From the NCBI GenBank assembly GCA_018830005.1, contig JAHJTE010000001.1, positions 65,332-129,331 on the forward strand: a stretch of 64,000 nt of DNA, read 5' to 3'. Below, one piece after another: positions 26,702-36,138 of the stretch. Position numbers and translations under genes: made by a program. The stretch is from Candidatus Omnitrophota bacterium (GTDB taxonomy: Bacteria; Omnitrophota; Gorgyraeia; JAHJTE01). Each line of letters opens with the position of its first letter. Position 1 is the stretch's first letter. The notes below the pieces were generated by a model. It had not been told where the DNA came from and did not search any database. It saw only the letters and a program-made list of their open reading frames with translations.

Positions 26702-28102
26702 ATGAATATTAACGATACTATTGTAGCAATATCAACGCCGATCGGAGAGGCGGGCATTGGCATAGTCCGCTTAAGCGGAAAAAAGAGCCTTTTAATTGCA
26801 GATAAAATCTTTAAATCTGCAAATCATAATGGCCGGAGAAGATTTGTGAGTTCTTCTCTTAAGTCTGGCAGCATTAACTATGGCTGGATAGTAGACAGGC
26901 GCAATCAAAATGTTATTGATGAGGTATTGTTGACAATTATGAAGGCGCCAAAGACATATACCAGAGAGGATATAATAGAGGTCAACTGTCATTCTGGCAT
27001 TGTGCCATTAAAGAAAATCCTCGATCTCCTGCTTAGCTATGGTGCGCGCCTAGCTGAGCCAGGAGAGTTTACACGCAGAGCGTTTCTTAATGGCAGGATT
27101 GATCTTTCCCAGGCAGAATCGGTCCTGGAGATAATACGCACAAGAAGTGAAAGCTATCATCATGCTTGCGTGAATCGTATGAGCGGCGGATTTTCACGCA
27201 AAATTAATAAGTTGAACCAAGAGCTTTTTGATGTGATTGCACAGTGCGAGGCCCAAATTGATTTTCCCGAAGAGGATACAGCCTATCCGCTAAGAAAACT
27301 GCTTAGGCGGGTAGAAAAAATAGAAAATACACTAAAATTTTGCCTGAAGAGCACTCAGGAGGCAAAGGTAGTGCGGGAGGGATTGAGTGTTGCCATATGC
27401 GGCAGGGCAAATGTTGGAAAATCCTCTCTTTTGAATGTATTAATTAATGAGGAGCGCAGCATTGTTACGCCTTATGCTGGAACAACCAGAGATGCAATCG
27501 AGGCATCAGTCTGTTTTGATGGTATACCAATGCGCATCTTTGACACAGCAGGCCTGAGAAGGTCAGATAATCCCGTCGAGAAAGTGGCGGTAAGACGAAG
27601 CGAACAGGTTATAAATAGCAGCAATTTAATATTATTAGTCTTTGATAGCGCATCAGCTATAAAGGAGTCGGATTTGAGTTTTATCAATAAATTTAGACGC
27701 AAGAGGAACGTATTGGTTGTATTGAATAAAATAGATTTGCCTACAAAGATTAATCAGAGTATTATTAAGAGTGCATTCGGAGATTTTACAAAAATATCCG
27801 CATTCAAGATGACGGGATTGGATAAGTTAAAGAAAAGAATCACCAGACGATTTTGGCAGGGTCGAATAACAGAGCTCAATCATGAGTTTGTTGTCAATGC
27901 ACGCCAGGAGAATTTGCTTTTGGATGCAGTAGAATCTTTCCAGAGGGCATTCTCTTCTTTTAAACTTAAGCTTTCATTGGAAATTATTGTTGAGGATTTA
28001 AAAAGAGCTTTATCAGCAGTTAATAAGCTTTGCGGTAGATCGGATGATTATGAACAGGAGCTTTTGGATACAATATTTTCTCAGTTCTGTATCGGCAAAT
28101 AA
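26702..28102 (+). CDS. mnmE: tRNA U34 modification GTPase
   Basis: DTIVAIST, GEFTRRAFLNG, NVGKSS, GTTRD, C-terminal FCIGK. Confidence 0.96.
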   Translation: MNINDTIVAISTPIGEAGIGIVRLSGKKSLLIADKIFKSANHNGRRRFVSSSLKSGSINYGWIVDRRNQNVIDEVLLTIMKAPKTYTREDIIEVNCHSGIVPLKKILDLLLSYGARLAEPGEFTRRAFLNGRIDLSQAESVLEIIRTRSESYHHACVNRMSGGFSRKINKLNQELFDVIAQCEAQIDFPEEDTAYPLRKLLRRVEKIENTLKFCLKSTQEAKVVREGLSVAICGRANVGKSSLLNVLINEERSIVTPYAGTTRDAIEASVCFDGIPMRIFDTAGLRRSDNPVEKVAVRRSEQVINSSNLILLVFDSASAIKESDLSFINKFRRKRNVLVVLNKIDLPTKINQSIIKSAFGDFTKISAFKMTGLDKLKKRITRRFWQGRITELNHEFVVNARQENLLLDAVESFQRAFSSFKLKLSLEIIVEDLKRALSAVNKLCGRSDDYEQELLDTIFSQFCIGK

Positions 28103-28117
28103 TTAGGGAGTACTAAT

Positions 28118-28678
28118 ATGGATAAGAAAAAAATAGAAAAAGCAATTAGAATGATTTTAGAGGCAATTGGTGAGGATGCGGACAGAAAAGATATGCAAGG
28201 CACGCCACGCCGGGTTGCGGAGATGTATGAGGAGATATTTAGCGGCATAAAAGAAGACCCTAAGAAGGCGATTGAGGTAATCCTTGAACACAAGCACGAT
28301 GAGATAGTACTCTTAAGAGGCATCCCTCTTTATTCAGTCTGTGAGCATCACCTCATTCCATTTATTGGCAAGGCGCACATTGCTTATATTCCTAAGGCGG
28401 GCAGGGTTACGGGATTGAGCAAATTAGCCAGGGTTGTTGACATACTGGCTAAGCGACCTCAGGTCCAGGAGAGATTGACTACTCAGATAGCCGATATACT
28501 TATGCAGAAGTTAAAACCACGCGGGGTTATGGTGGTTGTTGAAGCAGAGCATCTTTGTCTTAGTATGAGAGGAGTCAAGAAACCCGGAATACTTACTATT
28601 ACCAGCGCGGTGAGAGGGATCTTCAAAGATAATTTTAAGACACGTAGCGAAGCGCTTTCTTTAATTAATGCGCGTTGA
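28118..28678 (+). CDS. folE: GTP cyclohydrolase I
   Basis: [30 protein letters not shown]. Confidence 0.96.
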   Translation: MDKKKIEKAIRMILEAIGEDADRKDMQGTPRRVAEMYEEIFSGIKEDPKKAIEVILEHKHDEIVLLRGIPLYSVCEHHLIPFIGKAHIAYIPKAGRVTGLSKLARVVDILAKRPQVQERLTTQIADILMQKLKPRGVMVVVEAEHLCLSMRGVKKPGILTITSAVRGIFKDNFKTRSEALSLINAR

Positions 28679-28701
28679 ATTTTTTAGAGCGGAGGGATAA
28701 G

Positions 28702-29097
28702 ATGAAGAGATTTGGTTTGTTTCTAATAGTATCTATTCTCTTTTTTTATGGTTGCGCTACGGTTGAAGGCCCGATAACAAAGAAGAAGTATTCTTCTGAA
28801 GATGACTTAGAATATCAACAGGAGATGTTAGAACATGGCAGGAGGCAATATATAAAGAAGTACCCTGATTTGAGTTTAGAGATGAATAAAGCAATCGCAG
28901 AGGGAAAGATTATAAAGGGTATGAGCAAAGAAGAGGTGAGGGCAAGCTGGGGCGCGCCAACTATTGTTTACCGCACTGCTACTAATAACGTTGTTAATGA
29001 GCAATGGATATACAAAGATATAGATTATACGAATTTAACCAGACGCAGCTATTACTTAAATTTTAAGGATAATCTGCTATATAGCTGGCAGTATTAA
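28702..29097 (+). CDS. Hypothetical lipoprotein (SmpA/BamE-like C-terminal pattern)
   Basis: SD GGAGG, lipobox FYGC, GMSKEEV..SWG.P...EQW.Y. Confidence 0.65.
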   Translation: MKRFGLFLIVSILFFYGCATVEGPITKKKYSSEDDLEYQQEMLEHGRRQYIKKYPDLSLEMNKAIAEGKIIKGMSKEEVRASWGAPTIVYRTATNNVVNEQWIYKDIDYTNLTRRSYYLNFKDNLLYSWQY

Positions 29098-30554
29098 TGA
29101 TTAATATGTTTAACGATATATTCCAGATGAGAAATAACCCCTCAGATATACAGGACTCATTATTTTTGATTCTTCTTATTGGAATGACATTTATCATTGT
29201 ATTTGCCTTTTGTTGGCAGCCAGGATATCTTGACGGTGATTCTCTTGGCTATGCCCAGACTGCAAAGTGGGTGGCTGATTCAGGCAGGTGGTTAGCAATT
29301 AAGGACTCAAGCTGGGGAGGCCAATTTTACTATCATTTTCCTCTTGCGATTTGGGTTAGCGCATTAAGTTTTAAGATATTCGGGGTGAATGTAGTGAGCG
29401 CTTCCTTATTTTCACTCCTTAGTTGCTTAGGTGCTGTAATTGCAATATTTTACTTTGGTAAAATTATCAAAAATAACTGGGTTGGTTTTTTTGCATCCGT
29501 GGTCTTTTTGCTGATTAATTATACCCCTCGTCTCGCCCAGCAATGCCGTATGGACATGCCGCTTACCTTATTTATTATCTTAAGTCTTTACTTTTTTATC
29601 CTCGCAGTTAGAGGTAAAAAGACCTTTTATTTGCTGTTCGGTTTATTCACCAGCCTAGCAATAATGACCAAGGATGTTAATGGTCTTGCGCCATTGGCAA
29701 TAGCATGTATCTATTTACTCATAAGCCGACAATTTAAGAAATTAATTGATCCTTATTTTTTGTTTGGCTTCGTGATCTCCTTTATTCCTGTCTTGCTTTG
29801 GATCTGGCTTGAGAAGCATATATACGGTGAAACCTTATTCGCTAAATGGCTTAATTGGAATTTTCTCCATCTGCTCAGACACAAGGAACTTGCGGCGCCT
29901 TTTTATTATTATCCGCGTGAGATTATAAAACGATATTTTTATTTTGTTCCTATTTTTGTTCATGGCGCCTTTCTTGCAATTCGCCAGGCCAAAACAAGAG
30001 AATCCGATCAACCTTTGTTGATTTTAACCTGGGCCGTATTTATCCCTTTTGCCTTTTCCTTCGGTAATCGCAAACTTCACTACTTTATTTATTCTATGTA
30101 TCCAGCTGCCGCACTCCTGGCCGGGATTGCTCTGAATGAGCTATGTAAACAAAAGATTAAGTTGCGTATTTTAAAGATATTTATTGTTGGTTTGATTTTC
30201 TTAGGGCTATTGCGTCTATCTATTCCAGTTCGTTGGGGCAAGACATTTTTTATGGATAAAGTGCAAGTTGCAGCGTATATAGATAGTCTTTTACAAGAAG
30301 AGCAGCACTATGATTTTTTTACATTTAACCAACACGATGCTGCTCTAATTATCTACTCTCAAGAATTAGATAATATTACACACATAAAAGATTACGAATC
30401 TCTGAAAAATCTATTAGAAAACAAGGCGTCAGTAAATAAAAGATTCTGCCTTATTAATAAAGTAGATTTTAATTCCTTGAGCGCGTCAATAAAGAATGGG
30501 TGGCATATACTATTAATATTGAATGAGGAGATATTAATTGCTAACAGACTATGA
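29097..30554 (+). CDS. ArnT/GT39-like (GT-C) membrane glycosyltransferase
   Basis: D...YA..A, HFPL..W, RMD, A.MTK, K..YF...YP; many TM helices. Confidence 0.82.
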   Translation: MINMFNDIFQMRNNPSDIQDSLFLILLIGMTFIIVFAFCWQPGYLDGDSLGYAQTAKWVADSGRWLAIKDSSWGGQFYYHFPLAIWVSALSFKIFGVNVVSASLFSLLSCLGAVIAIFYFGKIIKNNWVGFFASVVFLLINYTPRLAQQCRMDMPLTLFIILSLYFFILAVRGKKTFYLLFGLFTSLAIMTKDVNGLAPLAIACIYLLISRQFKKLIDPYFLFGFVISFIPVLLWIWLEKHIYGETLFAKWLNWNFLHLLRHKELAAPFYYYPREIIKRYFYFVPIFVHGAFLAIRQAKTRESDQPLLILTWAVFIPFAFSFGNRKLHYFIYSMYPAAALLAGIALNELCKQKIKLRILKIFIVGLIFLGLLRLSIPVRWGKTFFMDKVQVAAYIDSLLQEEQHYDFFTFNQHDAALIIYSQELDNITHIKDYESLKNLLENKASVNKRFCLINKVDFNSLSASIKNGWHILLILNEEILIANRL

Positions 30555-30952
30555 AACAGAATAATATCAAGCCTTTTGTTATATTAGGAAAAATCGCCAT
30601 GTTATTGCCAACGCTTATAGTGCTTAATCTATTTTTTGGCTGGGTATTTTTCGGCTTTTATTACTGGCTACTAATCGAGATAGCATTAATATTTCTTTTG
30701 ATGTTTACTTTTGTCCTTTTTGGAAAGGGGCTTTATACAAATTTCTTTAAACATACACAGAATACTTTTGATAAAGATGTTATTGATGTAGAGGGAGGCT
30801 CTTTGGATGAAGAAGAAGAGATCCCAACTTGGCATCCACCCGTAAGCTGTCCGAAATGTTACAGTAAGAACACGCATTTTGTTGAACCTCATTATGAGAT
30901 GAGTGTATATGAGTGTGAAAATTGCAAGATGAGGTTTGAGACAGAGGAGTAA
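30551..30952 (+). CDS. Hypothetical membrane protein with C-terminal C4 zinc ribbon
   Basis: Two TM helices, DVIDVEG, CPKC...CENC. Confidence 0.7.
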   Translation: MKQNNIKPFVILGKIAMLLPTLIVLNLFFGWVFFGFYYWLLIEIALIFLLMFTFVLFGKGLYTNFFKHTQNTFDKDVIDVEGGSLDEEEEIPTWHPPVSCPKCYSKNTHFVEPHYEMSVYECENCKMRFETEE

Positions 30953-31278
30953 ACGCGGATGATTGCGAATTTTCTGTTTGTGGTAACCCGCGGATGAGAG
31001 CATAGAAATGATTATAGATATCTAGATAAGCGAGTTCGCGCGTTAGCGGGTTAACAAAATCTCCAAGGAGATTTTTAAATTAATTTGTTATCTGCTAAAG
31101 AGAAAAATTATTCCTTTATTCTTTTGTCTACTTTATTCGTTCCTTACCAAATTTTGACCTTTTCTACTGTTTATTCAAGTAGTATAATTGTTATATACAG
31201 GTTAGCAGAGTAGTCACAATAAATTCGCTCCATGTTTTTTTGTACAAGTAAGAATGAGGAGAAATTTAGGAGCAAGAG

Positions 31279-31728
31279 ATGAAGAGAAAGAGGGGCAATA
31301 ACCAATCTTTTACTCTTCTGGAATTGATCATTGCCTTGGCATTATTGGCAATTCTTGCCAGTTATGCTGTTGCGCGGTTTGTAGATATAGCGAACAAGGC
31401 ATTAGATGTACAGGAAAGGGCGACGATGTGTGCCCTAAAGTCTGCTGCCCTTCTGTATTTTGCCGCTAACGGTAGATGGTGGGGGGTAAATTCAAGCGAG
31501 AATCCATTTGATCTTTTGGAGAATCCGCCGCCTCATTGTATTGACTGTGCCATTAAGGAGAATGTAGAGTGGTATTTGCATTTTTCGATAGACCAGTGGC
31601 AAATAATATGCCCCCATGCATTCTATCCCTGTTCGCTGCCTGACCCGCCAAATTGTAGAGGTAAGAAATGGTTATTTACTGCTGAGGGCGCAGTGGTGGA
31701 TTGTTATCAGGATCTCCCACATAAATAA
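31279..31728 (+). CDS. Cys-rich type IV pilin/pseudopilin
   Basis: NQS|FTLLELII prepilin motif; SD AGGAG; 7 Cys. Confidence 0.8.
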   Translation: MKRKRGNNQSFTLLELIIALALLAILASYAVARFVDIANKALDVQERATMCALKSAALLYFAANGRWWGVNSSENPFDLLENPPPHCIDCAIKENVEWYLHFSIDQWQIICPHAFYPCSLPDPPNCRGKKWLFTAEGAVVDCYQDLPHK

Positions 31729-31905
31729 CCGGTAGATCGCTTATCCTTTATCGGACCTAGGGATTGCCGTGTTATAATTACTAAGTCACTGAGCCATTGG
31801 TCTAGATTTTTCTATAGGGGGTTCAACAATTAACTGGTTAACTTGCAAACACACTAACTCGATAACAGATAATATGCGTTCATCTATATATAAGATGGAA
31901 GGGCA

Positions 31906-32322
31906 ATGAAGGTCTTAACAGAGTATCTTTCCTTTAATACGAGGACGAAATACGCATTTATTAATATAACAGATCAGGTGGAGGAGCTTCTCAAGAAGAG
32001 TAAGGTGAAAGAGGGCCTTTGTCTGGTCAATGCCATGCATATCACTTCAAGTGTATTTATAAATGATGATGAGTCTGGCCTGCACCATGATTTTGATGTT
32101 TGGCTGGAGAAACTTGCACCGCATGAGCCGATATCCCAGTATAAGCACAATAATGGCGAAGATAATGCTGACGCACATCTAAAGCGCACAATTATGGGCA
32201 GAGAGGTTGTTGTGGCTATCACGCTCGCTAAGCTTGATTTTGGGCCTTGGGAGCAGATTTTTTACGGAGAATTTGACGGCCAGAGGAGAAAAAGAGTATT
32301 AGTTAAGATTATCGGTGAATAA
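31906..32322 (+). CDS. YjbQ (UPF0047) family protein, copy 2
   Basis: [36 protein letters not shown]. Confidence 0.9.
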   Translation: MKVLTEYLSFNTRTKYAFINITDQVEELLKKSKVKEGLCLVNAMHITSSVFINDDESGLHHDFDVWLEKLAPHEPISQYKHNNGEDNADAHLKRTIMGREVVVAITLAKLDFGPWEQIFYGEFDGQRRKRVLVKIIGE

Positions 32323-32336
32323 ATGTGGTCTATGAA

Positions 32337-32447
32337 ATGACTAAAGAAAAGATTACAAGAAGACAGAAGAATATATGGCGTCTACAAAGAGAGAGAAAGC
32401 AATTACATAAGGATAAATTAAAGGCATTTCAAAAGACTCGCATATAG
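32337..32447 (+). CDS. Putative 36-aa highly basic small protein (not in ORF track)
   Basis: MTKEKITRRQKNIWRLQRERKQLHKDKLKAFQKTRI*, directly after yjbQ. Confidence 0.35.
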   Translation: MTKEKITRRQKNIWRLQRERKQLHKDKLKAFQKTRI

Positions 32448-32525
32448 TCTTCCTATTCTTCCTTCCCACAAATCTATCTATCAGTCTTTTGTTTTGGAGA
32501 GCATAATAACGCCGTGACAAAATCC

Positions 32526-32554
32526 TTGCTTTTTAGAATGGATATGATTATAAT
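32526..32554 (+). promoter_or_regulatory. sigma70 promoter
   Basis: TTGCTT, 17 bp, TATAAT upstream of the ORF at 32608. Confidence 0.6.
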
Positions 32555-32607
32555 TAATCTAACACAGCAGGAAGCAACGTCAAAAAAAAGGGCAGGGTGA
32601 GGATATT

Positions 32608-33213
32608 ATGAAAAAGAGGATTATTAGAATAGTTGTGGCCATTCTGATAGGATTGGCTGTATTTTCTTTTTGGAATTATCTTTCTTTGTTTAGAATGACA
32701 AAACAACTTGCTGCGGATTTAGCCAAGGCGCATACGGCGATCTCACAATTAAAGGTAGATCTGGATGGTGAAATTGTTTCTAATAGGCGTCTTGTGCAGG
32801 AGAAAATAATTTTAGAGCGTGGATTTGTTTTTGCTAAGGAAGAGATAACAAGATCAAAGCAGGCAATTGAGGGCTTGGAGCAGGATATAAGTGGCCTAAA
32901 AGTACATGCAGACGCTTTAGAGAAGGATAATGAAACCTTGCGCTCGCGTATAAATAGGTTAGCTGTGGCAGGAAAGAGGTTAATAGTAAAGGCTAAAGAG
33001 CTAATACAAGAAAAGGAAGATCTCCAGATGCGGCTTAATTCAGTGACTGAGTTAAAAAAGGTAATTAAGCGGCTTAAAGACAATCCTTCAGAAGAGCTCC
33101 AATCTCAGAGTAAAGAAGGAGATGATTCTTCTGGTAATAAAGGCTACTTAATTAAAAGAGGAAAATCTACTCATAAATCCAGCATCGATATCAGAGTCTT
33201 ACCTGTACCTTAA
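32608..33213 (+). CDS. Membrane-anchored coiled-coil hypothetical protein
   Basis: N-terminal TM, long heptad-rich region, C-terminal GNKGYLIK...I.V.P. Confidence 0.75.
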   Translation: MKKRIIRIVVAILIGLAVFSFWNYLSLFRMTKQLAADLAKAHTAISQLKVDLDGEIVSNRRLVQEKIILERGFVFAKEEITRSKQAIEGLEQDISGLKVHADALEKDNETLRSRINRLAVAGKRLIVKAKELIQEKEDLQMRLNSVTELKKVIKRLKDNPSEELQSQSKEGDDSSGNKGYLIKRGKSTHKSSIDIRVLPVP

Positions 33214-33223
33214 TAATAAATAA

Positions 33224-33673
33224 ATGACTAAAGGTATTATATCCGCAGCATTAAATAATGACATCCTTATCAGTACCCTTTTAGGATGGGTGACTGCTCA
33301 AGGCATAAAGATAGGTATAGGCACAATTCGCGAGAAGCAATTTGACTTTAGATGGCTGCTGGGAACCGGCGGTATGCCTTCAGCACATGCTGCAGGAGTC
33401 GCCTCCTTAGCTACTGCAATAGGAATTGAGTTTGGTTTTGATTCTGCCTTGTTTGCTCTAGGCCTAACTTTTGCTGTAGTTACTATGTTTGACGCTCAAG
33501 GCGTAAGACGCGCAGCAGGCAAACAAGCAAGCATCCTGAATAAATTAATTTCAGAACACCCTGAAAATATCAAGGTGCAAGAAAAGAGGCTTATAGAATT
33601 ATTGGGTCATACACCGATTGAGGTTATTGCTGGGGCGTTTGTGGGCATTCTTGTTGCTTTAAGCTATTTATAA
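33224..33673 (+). CDS. Divergent PAP2 (DUF212) family protein
   Basis: GGMPSAH, MFDA.GVRR.AG, LGHTPIEV. Confidence 0.9.
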   Translation: MTKGIISAALNNDILISTLLGWVTAQGIKIGIGTIREKQFDFRWLLGTGGMPSAHAAGVASLATAIGIEFGFDSALFALGLTFAVVTMFDAQGVRRAAGKQASILNKLISEHPENIKVQEKRLIELLGHTPIEVIAGAFVGILVALSYL

Positions 33674-33728
33674 TCATCACATTATTTTTGCAACTATCTG
33701 CGGCTAAGGCAGATAAAACATTTGGAGC

Positions 33729-34556
33729 TTGTTTATGAAGAGAAATGTTATTATTTTGATCAGCGTTATTTTGGCTGTTCTTTTAGTTTTATTCTTTGTT
33801 TTTTCTTTATCAGGCAAAAAGGTTTCCTCTGGCTTAAAGGAAAGTAGCGATGTCCCTTCTGTATCAGAGCTTTTTGATATAGCCGGACTTGCTCAAAACA
33901 AAGGCGATTTGCTCCAGGCAAAAGAGGCTTACCAACGTATCATATCTATAGCCAGTGACAATAAGATTATCACTAAGGCGGGTGAAGAGCTTTATGATCT
34001 TAATATCCGTATAATCTTTTCAACATTGCAGACAGAAAAGACGATTATCTATGAGGTTAAGCCTGGCGATGTCCTATCTAAGATTGCCAAGAAATTCAAT
34101 ACCACCGTTGCCTTGATAAAACGTAGCAACAACTTAAAGAGCAACGTTATAAGACCAGAGCAGCGCCTGCGCATATGGACTGAGAAATTTTCCTGTATTG
34201 TGGACAAATCCCAGAATACATTGACCCTTAAATCCGATGATGAAGTGGTTAAGGTATATACAGTTTCTACAGGCAAGCACAATTCCACTCCTGTAGGAAT
34301 ATTTACAATAACTAGCAAATTAATAGATCCTGTCTGGTATAAACAGGGGGCGATAGTTTTGCCTGATAGCCCTGAGAATATATTGGGGTCCCGCTGGTTG
34401 GGTTTTTCTATCGCTGGTTACGGTATACACGGGACAACAGAGCCAGAGACCATTGGCCAGCAGATAACAGCCGGTTGTGTACGCATGGTTAACCAACAAG
34501 TAGAAGAATTGTTCGATCTCCTTCCTTTAGGTACTGAGGTAACTGTAATAGACTAA
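33729..34556 (+). CDS. LysM-containing L,D-transpeptidase
   Basis: LysM (YEVKPGDVLSKIA) and YkuD motif YGIHGT...AGCVRM. Confidence 0.9.
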   Translation: MFMKRNVIILISVILAVLLVLFFVFSLSGKKVSSGLKESSDVPSVSELFDIAGLAQNKGDLLQAKEAYQRIISIASDNKIITKAGEELYDLNIRIIFSTLQTEKTIIYEVKPGDVLSKIAKKFNTTVALIKRSNNLKSNVIRPEQRLRIWTEKFSCIVDKSQNTLTLKSDDEVVKVYTVSTGKHNSTPVGIFTITSKLIDPVWYKQGAIVLPDSPENILGSRWLGFSIAGYGIHGTTEPETIGQQITAGCVRMVNQQVEELFDLLPLGTEVTVID

Positions 34557-34647
34557 GTGCTTATCCATACGATTTTTCAAAGCTTCCGTAAACGCCAATG
34601 TAGCAAAATGACTGTATTTTAATATTCTATTTTTGACTTAAAAAGAT

Positions 34648-35601
34648 ATGAATGGATTAGATTTTGAAAAACCAATTATAGAACTAGAAAGAAAGATTGA
34701 AGAACTGAGGAATTTTACCTCTGATAAAAAAATCGACATCAAAGCAGAAATAAATAAGCTGGAGGAGAAGTTAAAGAAACTTAAAAAAGAAATCTATAGT
34801 AATCTTAGTGCCTGGCAGCGAGTTCAGATTGCGCGCCATCCCAAAAGGCCTTATTCAGCCGATTATATCCAGATGATCTTGACTGATTTCTTAGAGTTAC
34901 ACGGGGATAGGGCTTTTGCTGATGATTTGGCGATTATCGGTGGTCTAGCTAAACTTGAGGGGCGTAAGATAGTTGTTATAGGCCATCAAAAAGGCAGAGA
35001 TACAAAGGAAAATATATTGCGTAATTTTGGCTGTGCTCATCCTGAAGGATATCGCAAAAGCATAAGACTTATGGAGCTAGCGGAAGATTTCAAACTTCCG
35101 ATTCTCACATTCATTGATACCCCTGGAGCATATCCAGGCATAGGCGCAGAAGAAAGAGGACAGGCCGTAGCAATAGCTTATAATCTTAGAAGAATGATTT
35201 CTTTGGCAGTGCCGATTGTAGTTGTTGTTATTGGAGAAGGTGGTAGTGGCGGAGCTTTAGGCATAAGCGTTGGTGATAAAATCTGCGTTATGGAAAACGC
35301 CTATTATTCTGTAATTTCCCCTGAAGGATGTGCAGCCATACTTTGGAAGGACAGCAGCAAGGCGCCTTTGGCTTCTGAGACCCTCAAGATGACAGCAAAA
35401 GATTTATTGGATTTTGGGATTATTGACGAGGTAATATCTGAACCATTGGGAGGCGCCCACCGCGATCCTCATAAAGCAGGCAATGAGATGAAATCGACAA
35501 TTATAAGGCTGTTTGATGAATTGGATTCAAAGAGTATTGATAAAATCTTACAGGCTCGTTACGAAAAATTCAGGAGCATTGGCCGTATTCAGTCTAGCTA
35601 A
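34648..35601 (+). CDS. accA: Acetyl-CoA carboxylase carboxyltransferase alpha
   Basis: LDFEKPI, ELHGDR, DTPGAYPG..AEERGQ, GEGGSGGAL. Confidence 0.97.
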   Translation: MNGLDFEKPIIELERKIEELRNFTSDKKIDIKAEINKLEEKLKKLKKEIYSNLSAWQRVQIARHPKRPYSADYIQMILTDFLELHGDRAFADDLAIIGGLAKLEGRKIVVIGHQKGRDTKENILRNFGCAHPEGYRKSIRLMELAEDFKLPILTFIDTPGAYPGIGAEERGQAVAIAYNLRRMISLAVPIVVVVIGEGGSGGALGISVGDKICVMENAYYSVISPEGCAAILWKDSSKAPLASETLKMTAKDLLDFGIIDEVISEPLGGAHRDPHKAGNEMKSTIIRLFDELDSKSIDKILQARYEKFRSIGRIQSS

Positions 35602-35620
35602 TCATAATAAGCAGGCAACG

Positions 35621-36124
35621 ATGATAAATTATTCAAGAAGAAAAACACCTCTTTTACTATTTGCGGTTTGCATTGCGGCTGTATTTCTTAGTGGTTGCGC
35701 TGCAATCTATAAGATTGAGCGTGCTGGAAAGAAGTACAATAATGGTTATGTCGTAAAAAGAAATGAAGTTATTATCCCTGAATTCACTATAGATAATCAA
35801 GGAAAAGCTCCGGAGGATATCAAGACTGCAGAGCAGCGCCTCAAGCGCAGAAAAAAGAAGATATTGCATTTCTATGAAGAGATTGGATATTTTGGCTCAA
35901 GAGTTATGGAGAACACTCGACTCTTTTTAGCATCTTTCTCTGCTCCTTTTCGTGCTCCCGTAGAAGGTGCGAAATACCATAAATATGAAAATGACCCGGA
36001 CTACCGCGCTAAGATTGATGCCCAGGATGAGGAAGAGGAAAGAATAGAGCAGGAAAGGATTGAGTCTATCCAGGCCCAGATGCAGCAATATATAGAAGAG
36101 GATTTAAGGCTGGAGCAGGAATAG
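35621..36124 (+). CDS. Hypothetical lipoprotein
   Basis: Lipobox LSGC; start 35621 avoids a long overlap with accA. Confidence 0.7.
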   Translation: MINYSRRKTPLLLFAVCIAAVFLSGCAAIYKIERAGKKYNNGYVVKRNEVIIPEFTIDNQGKAPEDIKTAEQRLKRRKKKILHFYEEIGYFGSRVMENTRLFLASFSAPFRAPVEGAKYHKYENDPDYRAKIDAQDEEEERIEQERIESIQAQMQQYIEEDLRLEQE

Positions 36125-36138
36125 CTAGAAGGAATCAT

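Noticed and set aside
16011-31172. TTTCTACTGTTT shared by two intergenic regions (16011, 31161), resembling part of a Cas12a repeat
   Set aside because: Only 12 bp, two copies 15 kb apart, no GTAGA stem, no array or cas genes
16955-33700. 15-bp identity TTTTGCAACTATCTG in the nuclease gene and in the intergenic region near 33686
   Set aside because: A single match of this length is expected by chance in 64 kb of AT-rich DNA
36109-36115. GCTGGAG matching the tRNA-Leu end, upstream of pilin cassette B
   Set aside because: Only 7 bp and inside a coding region; expected by chance
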